Below the pieces are notes generated by a model. The model saw only the letters and a list, made by a program, of their open reading frames with translations. It ran no database searches and was not told the DNA's origin. A stretch of 64,000 nucleotides of DNA from Azolla caroliniana (lineage: Eukaryota > Plantae > Polypodiophyta). Shown in pieces: positions 39,727 through 52,800 of this stretch (position 1 is its first letter; each line of letters begins with the position of its first letter). The DNA lies in assembly GCA_043228905.1 (NCBI GenBank), contig JBHGNT010000010.1:18104001-18168000 (forward strand), given 5' to 3'. The position numbers were made by a program, and so were the translations under genes.

Positions 39727-40846
39727 TGTTGCGGAGATCTGCGAGTACGTGTAAGATCCAGGCGGGACCGTCGGGATCATGGACTAGGAGAGAGGAGACT
39801 GCTAGAGGCTCAAGCCCTTCGGAGCTTGCCGCTTGCCCAATGTTTCTCCGGACGCGATCAATGACCGCTTTTGGAGTGAGAAGACGTGCGCCCATCCCTA
39901 CCATTCAAATGTACAAGGGATTAAACAGAGGCGTTGGTCATGGTCCGGTTGTTCGCACCCACACACACGCACACACATACACACACCTATACACCTATAC
40001 GCCTACATGATACTCGCAGCGACGCCGGTTCCACACACAGTGGGAGAGGGAGCCTGCATCCCAGGACCGGTTGGGGAGCCTTGGGCTTGTTTGTGCGACA
40101 GGGTCCTTGTGTAGGGCACGCCTCTTCTAGAACGATCGCCTCTTGCCGCCAAGCCACCTTCCAGGAGCACACGGCTCGCAGTCCCAAATGGGGGTCTTGC
40201 ACGTCAGAGACGGGAACTTGCCACTGTGCAACTGAGTGCACGGCTCACTGCGAACGACAATAAACGACACCTTCACGCACCCACACCCACAGACATAAGA
40301 AAAAACGTGGAGTGCCGTGAACCAACAAGTGGAAACCCAAGAAGGACGAAGATAGCCTGCGTGTTGCCTGTCACAACCGAACATGCCCACCTACGAACAC
40401 ATAAACCTTAGCAGAAACAGAAGACCTTCAAAGAGGAACATACGAAACCTTGATCAGAAACAAGAAGAAACAGAAAACTCTACACGACGAAGGGAGCAAA
40501 TTGCTTAGTATATTACAAAGAGAAAGAAATAATGGAACCTCAAAACAAGAATGAGGAACAAAACTGTTTGGGACCCAACGGGTGGGAACCCTTGTACAAG
40601 AAGCGCGCCTCCCTTTTATAGAACAAGGTGAGGGTTGTGTGGCTATGTGGGATAAATCCCGTGATACATGGGATTGTCCGTCCCAACTTTATTGCCGCTT
40701 GGCATTATAAAGGCGCCCCCCCCCCCATTCCCCTATACAAGTTTACAAGAGTGGGTGCACATGGTGCACCTTGCCGATTTCTCTGATATTCCCCGATTCC
40801 TCTGATATTCCCCGATTTCTCACTATGGCCTGGAATCTTCACGACA
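39727..40846 (-). mobile_element. solo LTR of the tRNA-Trp-primed gypsy group
   Basis: TGTTG...CTTCACGACA; exact 4-bp TSD CCGT (39723-39726 / 40847-40850); reverse TATA. Confidence 0.88.
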
Positions 40847-41170
40847 CCGTTCCCTCAAAAACTCGCCACTTCCAAAGAGGGGAACGTACGTAAGAGAGAC
40901 GACCAATCCGTCGCTTTCGAGACGTCAGAGATGAATTGGGTACACGCTCTCGCCACAACTGACCCAATGTACCCTATAGGTATAAACTGTTGTGATGAGG
41001 ACGGAGACACAATCTCTTGCTTCAATGTCACCACCCTCAGACCCCGACAAAAAGAAGTACGCAAAGGACGAAGACCTGGTGCAATGAGTCACACCTCCAG
41101 GTGACGCCACGACCACTCAGAAGAGGACTTCCCAGAGCATTTCAAACTCTATGAACAAGAGAATAGGGCA

Positions 41171-41957
41171 ATGGTTTGTAAGAGACCACAACGCACCCCC
41201 CAAGTCCTAGGAGAAGTCTACGATGGACCGGCAAGGGTGAAAGAAATCAACCTCGGGAAAGGGACAGACTCTAAACTGGTATTCATAGCCGCAGATCTCC
41301 AGACTGACGAGGAGACGTCCTTGATCACTCTCCTCATGGAATTTAGCGACGTTTTCGCATGGTCGTACGTTGACATGAAGGGAGTCCCAACCGAGGTCTT
41401 CACCCATAGTATCCCCATGCGAGCCGACGCCCGCCCAATCCGGCAAAGGCCACGCCCAATGAACCCTAACTACACCCAACAAGTAAAAGCCAAAATCAAC
41501 AAAATGTTGGCTGCAGGCATTATCTACCCGATCGAACAAACTACTTGGATCTCCCTGATTGTAGTCATCCTGAAGAAAAACGGCCAAATCCGCATATGTG
41601 TCGACTACCGCCAAGTTAATGAAGCCACTATCAAGGAAAACTACCTAGTACCCTACATTGAGCATCCACTCAAAAGAATCGCGGGAGCGGAAGCTTATAG
41701 CTTCATCGACGGGTTCTCCGGGTACAACCAAATCTCGGTGGTCCCTGAGGATCAACACAAGACAGCCTTCGCCACCGAATTTGGTACATTTGCGTATAAA
41801 CAGATGCATTTCGGACTCACGAGTGCCTTGAGCACCTACCAAAGAGCGGCAGACCATATCTTTGCAACAAGGTTACGACAAGGGCTGGAGTCTTATGTTG
41901 ATGACTTATGCCGCCATTCGAAATGGCATGACCACTTGGCGCTACTCCGCTTGACGT
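41171..41957 (+). pseudogene. host gypsy reverse transcriptase, N-terminal part
   Basis: DVFAWSY..KKNGQIRICVDYR..SFIDGFSGYNQI..KTAF..FGL..YVDDL. Confidence 0.9.
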
Positions 41958-42667
41958 TGTCGAGGTATTCCTCGCGGATGCGTGGAGTGAGGCGGGACCT
42001 CGGGGGTCCTGTACCGAAGAGTAAGAGAGAGAGAGACCCACTACGTGCGAGCGTAGATTCACAGGGACACGGCCCTTCAACGCAAAGACGCGAGTGGGAC
42101 AGCGACACAGAAAGACACGAAAGTATGTATGTATTGACAAGACAAACAACAAGAACACGAAGACAACAAAACACGAAGTCGGTTACAACCGAACAGGCCG
42201 GCGAACAGATGCCGATACCTGCTCGTAAACGCACAGAGGGGGATGAGTAGGTTGGAGGTGCTGCCGGAAGCACTCGGGCATTCCTCAGAGCAGCGCGGGC
42301 CTCCCGAAACCTGCACAGAAGGAAGCTATGGCGTTTGCAACCAGAAAGAGAGAGAGAGAGAAGCCTTCGCACGCAAACCGACAACACTTCGTCCTCGACT
42401 CTCCGCGATCCCCTTTTCTCCTCCTCGTCTCCCTCCTTTTATAGGCTAGGAAGGAGCCGTTTCCCCTTTACTTCCTACCTACCGAATCTGCCCGCCTAGG
42501 ATCTCCTATGTACAACATAAGGCGCACGTGCATGAAGAGCCGGTTCCTACGCTTTGGTGCACCGATTCCGCTTGTGGACGGTTTTCTTCACGACATCCGC
42601 CCCCACCTAACCGCGCATCCACCGGCATGCGCCAAATTGTGTTGGGACGGAGAAAACCGGTCCAGCC

Positions 42668-45600
42668 TCATTCCCCGCCCGTCGGTTCTTCCTCGGTTTC
42701 GGATCGTTCATCGTCCCGGTCCAGGTTAACCGGATCTGGCTCGTTGTCGTGACGCTTCATGAACGCTTTGACCCGCTTCCCCGCTACCGGTATCGCCATT
42801 CGCGTACCGTCGAGCTCCGCCAGATGGTACGTCCCGTTGTTGTTGGCGCTTTGTACCACGTAAGGCCCGAACCACCTTCTTGCGAACTTCCGTGTCGCTC
42901 GGTGTTGGTTGTCGAGGCTGCTGTCGTAGACTAGCACCCAGTCGCCTTCCTCGATCTTCTTCGGTCGGAGCCGGTGCGTCCGGTCGAACCGGGCTTTGTT
43001 CCTCGTCCTGGCCACCCGAAGCCTTTCCGCAGCCCGCTCCACGTCCTCCGGTCTCCGCTCGAGCTGTCGTATGCGCGCCGCCAGCAGTTCCTCCCTGCTC
43101 ATCTCGTTTCTCCAGTCCACGGTTGCCCACGAGGAGATCGTACATTCCATTGGCATGACCGGCTTCTGCCCAAACATGAGTTCTGCCGGCATGAATCCGG
43201 TTACTGAACTATGCGTAGTTCGGTCTGCCCACAACGCGTAAGGCAGCAGCCGCGGCCAGTTCCCGACTTGACCTCCGCATGCCCGAACTAACGCCTTGAC
43301 GATTGGTCCGTGTCCGCGCTCCACCTTTCCATTCGCCTCCGGATTGTACGCAGTGGTAAGCGAGAGCTTGACTCCTAGCCGGTCGAACAGCTCCTCGGCC
43401 TCTTCGGCGTCCAACTCCCCGCGATCAGCCACAATCTTCCCGACACACCCGTACCGGCATATCACGTCCTCAATCAGGAACCGACATACGGCCGCGGTCG
43501 TTTTGTTCTGAAGGGCCCGGCCTTCTACCTGGTTCGTTAGATCTTCCCGAGCCAGGACCATATACCGCATCTGTCCTACTCCCATCGGCATCGTCATCAG
43601 GTCTACCATCCATTTGAAGTGGATGGTCGGAGGGTACGTAGGGTGAAGCTCGTCCCAGTGTCGGACCACGGAGTGCATCTGACAGCTCCTGCAAGTTGTC
43701 ACGAATCGATGCACGTCCCGGTACAGTCCCGGCCACCAGTACTTCCCCTTTATCTTCTCGAACGTGGCCTAGGTTCCATGATGTCCGGCCCAAGGGCTGT
43801 CGTGGTAGGCCGTCAGCAGCTCCTCCTGTTCTTCCTTCATCGCCACCACCCGGAGCGGAGCGCCGTCCCTCTTCTTCGGGTGCTTCCATAAGTATCCGTC
43901 CCGGAGAAAGAATCGGTAAGCTTTCTTCCGGATCCGGTTGGCCTCGTCCTTTGTCCATGACGCATCCGGCGTCATTGTCCTCAAGAATCCACCGATCTGG
44001 AGCCACTCGCCGTCGTACTTGCTCTCGTCGAAGTCGTTAAGTGCCGGAGCGCTCGTCCCATCGGTCGTCACGTACGCCGCCTCGAAGAAGTCCACGCCGA
44101 CTTCTTCGTCTTCCGAAACCATGCCGCCCTCGTCATCAAACCTCGCCCTCGAAAGCATGTCGGCCATGGCGTTGTCCTTTCCGGAAATGTGTCGTATCTC
44201 CGGGTCCAGGGACTTGATGTACGCTATCCACCTGAGCATCGCCAGGTCCGGTGTCGCGCATCCAGAAACCATGCCGAGAATCGGCAGGCAATCCGTCTCG
44301 ATAATCACTTCTGTCCCGATCAGGTAGTCTTTGTCCGCCTTTACCGCCGAAACGATACCCCAGAGTTCGCGTTTAACCTGGGCATACCCTCGCTGTCGCT
44401 CACTAAGGACCTTAGCGCCGAATCGGATCGGGAACCGGGTGCCGTCCTCGTCTTCTTGGTTGACGACCCATCCGATCCCGGTCGGGCTCGTATCCACCGT
44501 TATGTATACCGGGGTACCCTTCTCGTAGACAGCCTTCCGGAGCGCCGGTGCTGCCGTAAGAGCCTCCTTCAGCTTCCGGACCGACCCCGTGTGCTCGTCT
44601 CGCCACTCGAATCTTTGCCCCTTCTTCAGCAACCCGTATAGTGGCTCTGCAACGTGGGCGTAATGCGGGATCCATATGTGGTAGAACGCGCATGCCCCCA
44701 GGAACCTCCGAACTTCCGTAACCGAGCTACAATCGGTCTTCATCGCGGAGATGGCTTCTACCTTTGCCGGAGACGGCTTTCGGCCATATGGTCCACATAG
44801 ATGCCCGACCACCAGGATTTCTGATTGCCCGAAGGCCGATTTCTCCCCGGAGAAGGTGAGCCTCGCATCCTCTAGCCTTTGTAGCACCTTCTCGCAGTCG
44901 TCGATGTGTGTTGCTACGAATCGCCGGCATCCGTCCGGCCCGAGTGTCTCGTCCTTCTCTTCCACCGGGCACCCCTTTATGGGGATGTCTTCTAGAAACG
45001 GCATGGTGATGTCCGGGATGCAATCCCTCAGTACTTTGTTCATTGCATTCACCATGTGGGCCACCGAGTTGGTCCCTCCTTGTGGCAGGGTACACATTCG
45101 CACTAGGCCGAGGGGAGTTCGCATTGTCGTAATGTCTCTGCTCTCCACGGCTAGCTGGAACTGGTCGTACCCCGAGTATAGATCACCGACCGAGTAAATT
45201 GACCTTCCGGCGAAGGCCTCCGCGAATTCGTCTATGGTCGGTCCGATTCCTGCGTTCCGGATGGTCACTCTGTTGACCGGCTGCAGGTCCTGAATGAAGC
45301 GCAATGTTCCGTTTTTCTTTGGTACGGTAAACCATCGGTTCGAGTATGGCGCGCTCGACGGTTCGAGAATACCCATATCGACTTTCTGCCTCAATAGCTC
45401 CATCAACTTCGGGATGTGAGCTCTCGGTACTGGAATCGGCTTGAGATTCCACGGTACATGTGGTACCGTGAATATCACCATCGGCTCCACGATCGTCGGG
45501 TCTACGCACCCGATTTCTTCCGGCGAGAATGCGAAGGCTTTCCCGTGCCTTCCGAGCATTTTCCGAAACCGGTCTTCCTCCGCAGGCAGTAGGAACCCGC

Positions 45601-46140
45601 CCCCACCGATCCTGAGCTCCCGGAGCGTCCCGTCGGTGAAGGTGTGTCCTATGCAGGCCGGGTCTCGTAAACTGGGGTCCGACGCCACCCCTCTGATTCG
45701 GGACTCGCTGCCCTCCGGCAAGGGTGCCGCGACTGGCCTTACCTTCCGGTCCACAGTCTTGTACTTCGTGCTAACTCGGGCCGTCCAATCCGACCCGAGC
45801 CCCTGACTGAAGTTCGCGATGACTTCGAACATCTCTTCGGAACATACCGGTATCGTCCGGTCTTCGTTAAGGTATTCTCCGGCTACCTTCCTCAGCATTC
45901 CCAAGGTGTCGTCGAAGGAGACCGTCTCCACGGCTCCGCTGATTTCCTCGTCCGGGCCGAGAACTCCGCACGCTCGAAGTCGCACTTCCGCCCTTGTCTT
46001 TTCTCGGCCGACGATGCCGACTATCATACACCCTCCATTGTTGGAGAAGCAAAATTTTCTACCTATCGTACAGTCGTGGGGTCTTTCCCGAGTGTCCGGA
46101 CTGTCTCGGCCCCACGCCTTGGCAGCCCTCTCTAAAAATC
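42668..46140 (-). pseudogene. pol (RT-RNase H-integrase) in the -1 frame relative to gag-pro
   Basis: FTVPKKNGTLRFIQDLQPVN; LPQGGTNS; FLED in place of YxDD; ITVDTSP RNase H; H..GH..CRSC; VDL/ADRGE/NGKVER integrase; WFGPY; premature TAG at 43769-43771. Confidence 0.9.
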
Positions 46141-48258
46141 CTCCCGGTTCTCGCCACCGAGGGATTCGCGGTTCCTCTTGTGATTCGGTCTCACGGTCAG
46201 AAATTGGACCGAATGGCGCCCGTCCTGGCTTTTGACCCTTGCGTAGGCCGAACCGTTGTCTAGCACCTTGGTCTCCATTCGAGCTGCCGTGATGTATGGT
46301 TCGCCTAATATGACCGGATGCGAGGATGTCTCCTGTACGAAGAAGTGCTGGTCAATCTCGACGTCGCCGATCTTTACTCGCACATTCGGGCAGGCCCCGT
46401 GCAGTTCCTCGGTGGCGCGCGTTGCCGCCCGTATCTTCCACCCGTGCCTGGTGTTGATCGGCCACTTTCCCTTCTTATAGAAGTCCATGGACATTAGGTT
46501 TATTTCCGAACCGTGGTCCACCAACGCCACCACCGGTTCCTGAACACCTCCGATTTTTACCGGGGTCTCCGTGGTTGCTCGGGCCCAGTGTGGCCTCGAA
46601 TAGTGGCTCTCCGCCCACTCATCTTCCAGCGCCGAGTCGTCGATGTGCGTCATCCGCACCTCCACCGGTCTTTCCGGTTCCGTCTCCGTGGACAGTCTCT
46701 TCCGTTTCACCAAGTCTACAATGGAGTCGTGGAACTCCTTCTTGGCGATCCCTAGCACCTCCCGTAATGACAGCTCCACTTTGCTGTCGAGGATCCGTTC
46801 TTCTAGGACCTTTCGTAGGTCCGTAGTCCTTTCTATTTCTGTCCCCAGTCGGTACCCGCCCTTCTTGGGGTTATCTTGCGGGCCGGGCCCACCGGCATCG
46901 TTCCGTCATTGCCCGAATCGGGTCTCGTACCGTTGTGAGGGCCCGGCCGCTCCGGCTTTCCCCACTCGTTTTTCTTCTACCAGAGCCTCGTAGTTCCGGC
47001 AAGCGGCTTCTACGAAGCCCGTCTTCTCCTCGACCGGATCGCTCCACCCGGTTATTTCCCGGAACCGTCTCTCAGCGCGGTCCGTTTCATCTTTCCTCAG
47101 CTGCGCGCCGGCGAGGCCTTCCAGCATTGCCGACCAGAAACCGTCTTTACTCTCTTTTCGGGCCTCGCTGCCCCCGACCTGAATACCGGCTGACGCCGAG
47201 TAGTGGATGGCCTCCACGTGTTGGGCCGCTGCCTCTTCCATCAGTCTCTTCATACCTCCTCGCCCATCGTTTCGGCTCAGGGTCCTCCTGGTGTCGCCAG
47301 CGTGCACCCGGCCTTCCCACAGGTACACCACCCGGTTTCTCAACGCCTTTGCGAAATCGCCGCAGTCCTTCCGAATGTGGCCGACCTCGTCGCACCACAT
47401 GCACTTGTTCCCCGCTGCCGGCCGTCGGTCACGAGCCGGTTCGCCGCCTTCCCTTCGAGTCTGGGCGATCTGGAGATCCTTTATCGCCCGCGTCAACTCC
47501 TCTAGCGCTGCTCCTCCGGACGAGCCATTGACCATGCTAGTCGAAGCCGGACCGGTTTCGGGCCATTCTCGGGTTTCTTCCCTTCGCACTTGCGGTGCCG
47601 GTTCAAGCCTCCTTGCTATAACAGAGCCCGCACCGGCCGCCCCGTTGTCAGCCCATTCTCGCCGTTTGTCGAAACGGCCACAGACTCTCTTAACCGCAGC
47701 CCAGTCGGTTGTTAGCCCGTCTTCAGTTTCCAGCAAGGAGCCGACTTGATCCCGGTCCTGCTCGTCCACCGACTTGACGAACAGTAGGACTCGGCTCGTA
47801 TCCAGAATGGTTCGGTCAAGCGCCGAAAGGCGCGCAAAGCGTTCTTCGAACTCCCGGAGGAGTGCCGACGCGTTTCTTCCTTTTCCGGGGGACTCCACCC
47901 ATTCCATGAAGTCCCGTTTCGAAAGCCGGAGCGCGTCGTCCAGCCCATATTTCTCTAGGAGTCGGCCTTTGAACTCCTCCCAGGTACGGCTCTCCGCCCG
48001 TACCTCGAGCACCTCCGCATGGATGCTCGGCATCGCCACTCGAGGGAACCCGGCAAGACGCCTCTCTTCCGGAATGTCCCGCATTAGCATTTCCGCCCCG
48101 TAGGACGCCAAATACTTCGTAGCATCCTTTCCGCTGAAACGGCTGATCGTACCGACGACCGCCTCAATGGCTCTGTCGAGGGCACCGGTGCCCTCGCGTG
48201 TGCTCAATATCCGATCCACGGACGAAGCCATGGCCTCTGCAAGATCCGACCCCCTCAT
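46132..48258 (-). pseudogene. gag-protease ORF
   Basis: ATG just after the PBS; knuckle CMWCDEVGHIRKDC; protease ALVDHGSEINLM..VILGEPY; one in-frame TGA at 46906 that is absent from the copy at 61814-63832. Confidence 0.88.
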
Positions 48259-48280
48259 CTTCTGCTCTTCTGCCGCCTCT

Positions 48281-48298
48281 TTCACGTCGGGTTCACCA
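48281..48298 (-). promoter_or_regulatory. primer binding site complementary to the tRNA-Trp 3' end
   Basis: Plus strand TTCACGTCGGGTTCACCA matches the 3' 18 nt of plant cytosolic tRNA-Trp as recalled; lies 4 nt inside the LTR boundary. Confidence 0.85.
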
Positions 48299-48940
48299 AA
48301 TATGTCGAGGTATTCCTCGCGGATGCGTGGAGTGAGGCGGGACCTCGGGGGTCCTGTACCGAAGAGTAAGAGAGAGAGAGACCCACTACGTGCGAGCGTA
48401 GATTCACAGGGACACGGCCCTTCGACGCAAAGACGCGAGTGGGACAGCGACACAGAAAGACACGAAAGTATGTATGTATTGATAAGACAAACAACAAGAA
48501 CACGAAGACAACAAAACACGAAGTCGGTTACAACCGAACAGGCCGGCGAACAGATGCCGATACCTGCTCGTAAACGCACAGAGGGGGATGAGTAGGTTGG
48601 AGGTGCTGCCGGAAGCACTCGGGCATTCCTCAGAGCAGCGCGGGCCTCCCGAAACCTACACAGAAGGAAGCTATGGCGTTTGCAACCAGAAAGAGAGAGA
48701 GAGAGAAGCCTTCGCACGCAAACCGACAACACTTCGTCCTCGACTCTCCGCGATCCCCTTTTCTCCTCCTCGTCTCCCTCCTTTTATAGGCTAGGAAGGA
48801 GCCGTTTCCCCTTTACTTCCTAGCTACCGAATCTGCCCGCCTAGGATCTCCTATGTACAACATAAGGCGCACGTGCATGAAGAGCCGGTTCCTACGCTCT
48901 GGTGCACCGATTCCGCTTGTGGACGGTTTTCTTCACGACA

Positions 48941-49828
48941 ACATTCGAAAAATGCAGGACCCACTCAAGTGTTAGTTCTGGGTCAAGCACAGATTAATAT
49001 TAGGGCACGTTGTGTCCTGCCACGGGATCTCGACCGATGAGGCAAAGGTAAAACTCATCCTCAACATGCCAACCCCCACGAACAAGAAACAACTACAAGG
49101 GTTCATGGGATATGTAGGTTACTATAGACGCTTCATTAAGATGTTTGCAGACAAGGCCAGACCGCTCTACGCCCTACTAAAGCAGTTCGCGTGGACAAAA
49201 GAATGCACACACTTCTTCAAGCTCTTGAAAGAGTGCCTAACTAAGGCCCCCATCCTTTGGCCCCCAGATTGGACCAAAGAATTCCACGTTCACACCGACG
49301 CTTCCGCCTTCGCGATTGGTGCAGTGCTAGCTCAACCCGGTGAAGGGGCACTCGACCTACCGGTCACCTTCGCTAGTCGCCAACTGAACGTCGCGGAACG
49401 AAATTACTCCACGACAGAACGAGAGGCTTTGGCCATGGTTTACAGCATAAAGAAATTCCGCCACTACCTTTTGGCATCCCGGTTCTCGTTTTATGTAGAT
49501 CTTCAAGCCTACTCTACTTGGTAAACAAAACTCACGCCACCGGACACATCTCACGATGGATCGTAATGTTACTCGAGTTCGACTTCAAGGTAGTGGTGAG
49601 AAAAGGAAAAGACCATGTACTCGCCGATCATTTCTCCCGGATACCCAACGGAGAAGAAGCCACTGGGGTTGATGATGAAACACCAGATGCAACATTATTC
49701 ACGATCGATACCGTACCAGCATGGGCATCAAACATTGTTCGTGTCCTAACTGAAGGAGCGTCCTTCCTAAAACAACTACCCGGGCACACACATGTGTCTT
49801 GTTAAAGAAATGTGGCACCTTCACGATG
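48941..49828 (+). pseudogene. host gypsy RT C-terminus and RNase H
   Basis: GYVGYYRRFI..FHVHTDASAFAIGAVL..NYSTTEREALAMV..ADHFSR. Confidence 0.9.
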
Positions 49829-52800
49829 CTCCAGATCACCATGGAGGAAGGCTGTTTTGACATCTAGCTGAATCAGCTCCAAGTTGTCGGCTGCCACTAC
49901 GCCGAGTAGAAAATGAAGGGTTGTCATTTTCACCACTGGTGAAAAAATCTCGTCGAAGTCGACGCCATATTCTTGTCGGAAGCCCTTCGCAACTAATCTG
50001 GCCTTGTACTTTGGGGTGGTCGAATCAGACGTCTCTTTTAGTCGATAAACCCACTTGCAAGGAAGAGCACGTCGATTCTTAGGTAGTTCGACCAGATCCC
50101 AAGTCTTGTTTGCCCGAATGGAGTGCATTTCCGACTCCATCGCCAGATGCCAGGTGGCTGAATCGACAGATGTCGATGCTTCTTCGTAAGACGTCGGTTC
50201 GCCGGCGTCGGTGAAGAAAATTCCAAGAGAATACCTCTCCGGAGGTTGCGACAGTCTCTCAGATCGTCGAGGTATGATTGGACTGGTCGCATCGGGTATC
50301 GAGGTCGGATGGTCCGAAAGCGAATTATTCTGCTGTGCCGAGTCAGAGTTGTCCGAGTCGGTGGTGTAAGGTTCAGCTACCCGTGAAGCTGACCGTGTGT
50401 TAAGAGCGGGGCCTTCTTGAAGGGTCGGCACATCGGAAAATGTTACCCTTCGGACTTCGATCGGTTTTTCGACTGATGGATTCATAGCCGACTCGTTGAA
50501 CACAACGTCCGAACTTCAAACGATTTGTCTGCGTTCGGGGTCCCAGAGTCGGTATCCCATTTCGCCGTCTGATCCATATCCAAGGAAAATGCATTTCCTG
50601 GATCGGGGTGCAAGTTTTCGGCGATCATCTTTCGGAATAAGGGCGTATGCCTCGCATCCGAAGATCCTCAGCTTGTCGTAATTCGGCTTACTGCCGATCC
50701 ATAGTTCCTGAGGAATTTGAAGTCCTAGAGGTCTGCTTGGCGACATATTGATTATGTGTACTGCCATGAGTAGAGCCTCTGCCCAGAAGCCATCCGACAG
50801 TCCAGAGTGTTGGAGCATGGAAACTATCCGTTCTTGGATTGTCCGATTCATGCGTTCTGGAATCCCGTTTTGCTCCGGACTGTGTGGTGCCGTAAATTCA
50901 CGTCGGATGCCGCGTTGTCGGCAGAATTTGACGAATTCTTTTGATTTGAACTCTCCCCCATTGTCGGTCCGAAAGCATTTCAGTTTTCGGTCAGTTTGAT
51001 TTTCTACCATAGCGAGCCAATCGGAGAAGATCGAGAAGACACGATCTTTGGTGCGAATTGGATAAGCCCACACCTTTCGAGTCGAATCGTCAATAAAACT
51101 GACGAAGTAAGAGGCACCGCCGAGAGACTGATGCGGCATTGGGCCACAGACGTCCGAGTGGACTAAATCGAGAGGTCTCGTTTCTCTTGGTGCTGATGTC
51201 GGGTGTGATGCGGCTGCTTGTTTGCCATACTGGCAATGTTCGCAGAATTGATGGTCCGAGAAGGAGAGTTTAGGGATGTATCCGGCTCTAGATAGGTGCG
51301 TAATGCCGGCCTTGCTGAGGTGTCCTAATCTTCTGTGCCATAGTGATGACACAAGAATATCCACCAAAAACAGGTTACCCTCTCTGAGCGTAACATGTAA
51401 CGGATACAGTGAGTGTATCTTGGGTCCTCTAGCAAGCAGGAGGTTCCCCCTGTGGAGTGTCCACCCTCCCGAAGAAAAACCGGCACGAATGCCGTCTTCG
51501 TCTAGTTGTCCGACTGAGATCAATGGCCTTGAGAGCTCGGGTACATGTCGGACATTGTGAAGTACAAGTGTAGAGCCACCTGCAAGGTTGAGCTCTACTG
51601 TGCCGATTCCAATGATGTCACAGTGTTGCGAGTTGCCGACTCGAACTGAGTCGGAGTGACGGATCGTATATTGCCGAAATTGGGATCGATGAGGAGTCAC
51701 GTGAAATGACGCGCCCGAATCTAAGAGCCATGTGCTCAATTCTTCAGTCGTGAGCAGAACTTCTGATCCGACTGGATTTTCGATTGATAGTATATTCGGG
51801 TCGTTTGGTAGCACATCAGCTGAGAAGCTGACGTAATTGATCTCCTCATGCCGGCCACTCTTCTTGTCTGATTTCTGAGACTTGTCGTTCTTGTTCTTGA
51901 GTGCGCGGCAGTCGGCTTTGATGTGTCCGGGTTTCTTGCAATAGTTGCAGATTCGATTATCCCGTGACTGGCTCCGTCTTCGCTGATTGTTCGGCTGCCG
52001 TGAGGAATCTCTTCCTCGTATGTTCGATCGTTCTGTCGAACCTTGTACTACATAAGCGTCGTCTGTTGAGTCTTTGGCGAAAGACTTTCTCCGAGCTGCT
52101 TCGGTCAGGATTGCGCTCGTGACTTCGGAGTATTTAACAGCCGTGGTTGACGCGTTGCACACGGTTGTGACGAAAGTTTCCCATGATGAGGGAAGGCTGC
52201 TCATGAGTATCATTGCTCTGAGTTCATCCTCGATTGCCGTCCCCTGAGATGAGATTTGGGAGCTTATGCTTTCGTACTCATTGAGATGTGCTTGAACCGA
52301 ATCTGATTCTTTCATCCGCAAGTTGTAGAGGCGCCGGATCAGAAACATCTTTGTTGCAGCGACCTTCTTTTCGTAAGTGTCCGACAGTGTTTTCCACAGT
52401 TCGAATGCTGTCGTACACGATTGCACCGTAAAGTATACCGATTCCGATAGGTGCATCCGAATCGTGGCGCGGACGATTCTGTCCAGCTTCTGCCACTCAA
52501 TTGGTTTGTATCCTTCTGGAGGTTCTTCATTTTCGATGGGATCGATTTGCCCCTTGACTATGAGATAGTCCTGCATTTGCTCCTTCTAGAAGTTGAAGTT
52601 CGATCCATCGAACTTTCGTGGACTCATTTCTGACGAGCCGGATGTTGATGCCATCAAATTTGGTTTCGGTTGACGAAGCTCGGTTCGGAGTTGACTACGA
52701 ACCTTGTTGGAGTGCAGCCGGTTGGCTCACCCGATATCGTTCTAGTCGGATTTGAACCCGAGTCGGTTCGGCTTCGGATATATGTATTGTTGAACTTGCT

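Larger units (their letters stand above)
41958..48940 (-). mobile_element. full-length tRNA-Trp-primed Ty3/gypsy element (Phygy-like / fungal-type)
   Basis: 638-bp near-identical LTRs 41958-42595 and 48303-48940 (TGTCG...CGACA); TSD ACGT/ACAT; PBS TGGTGAACCCGACGTGAA; PPT AGGTGGGGGCGGA; gag-pro and pol ORFs. Confidence 0.95.

Noticed and set aside
48281-48298. tRNA-Trp gene
   Set aside because: Only the 3' 18 nt including CCA are present next to an LTR, so it is a primer binding site.
48259-48732. Gag N-terminal extension starting inside the LTR (608-aa ORF call)
   Set aside because: Non-ATG start, and the extension is not conserved in the second copy's LTR; the ATG after the PBS is preferred.
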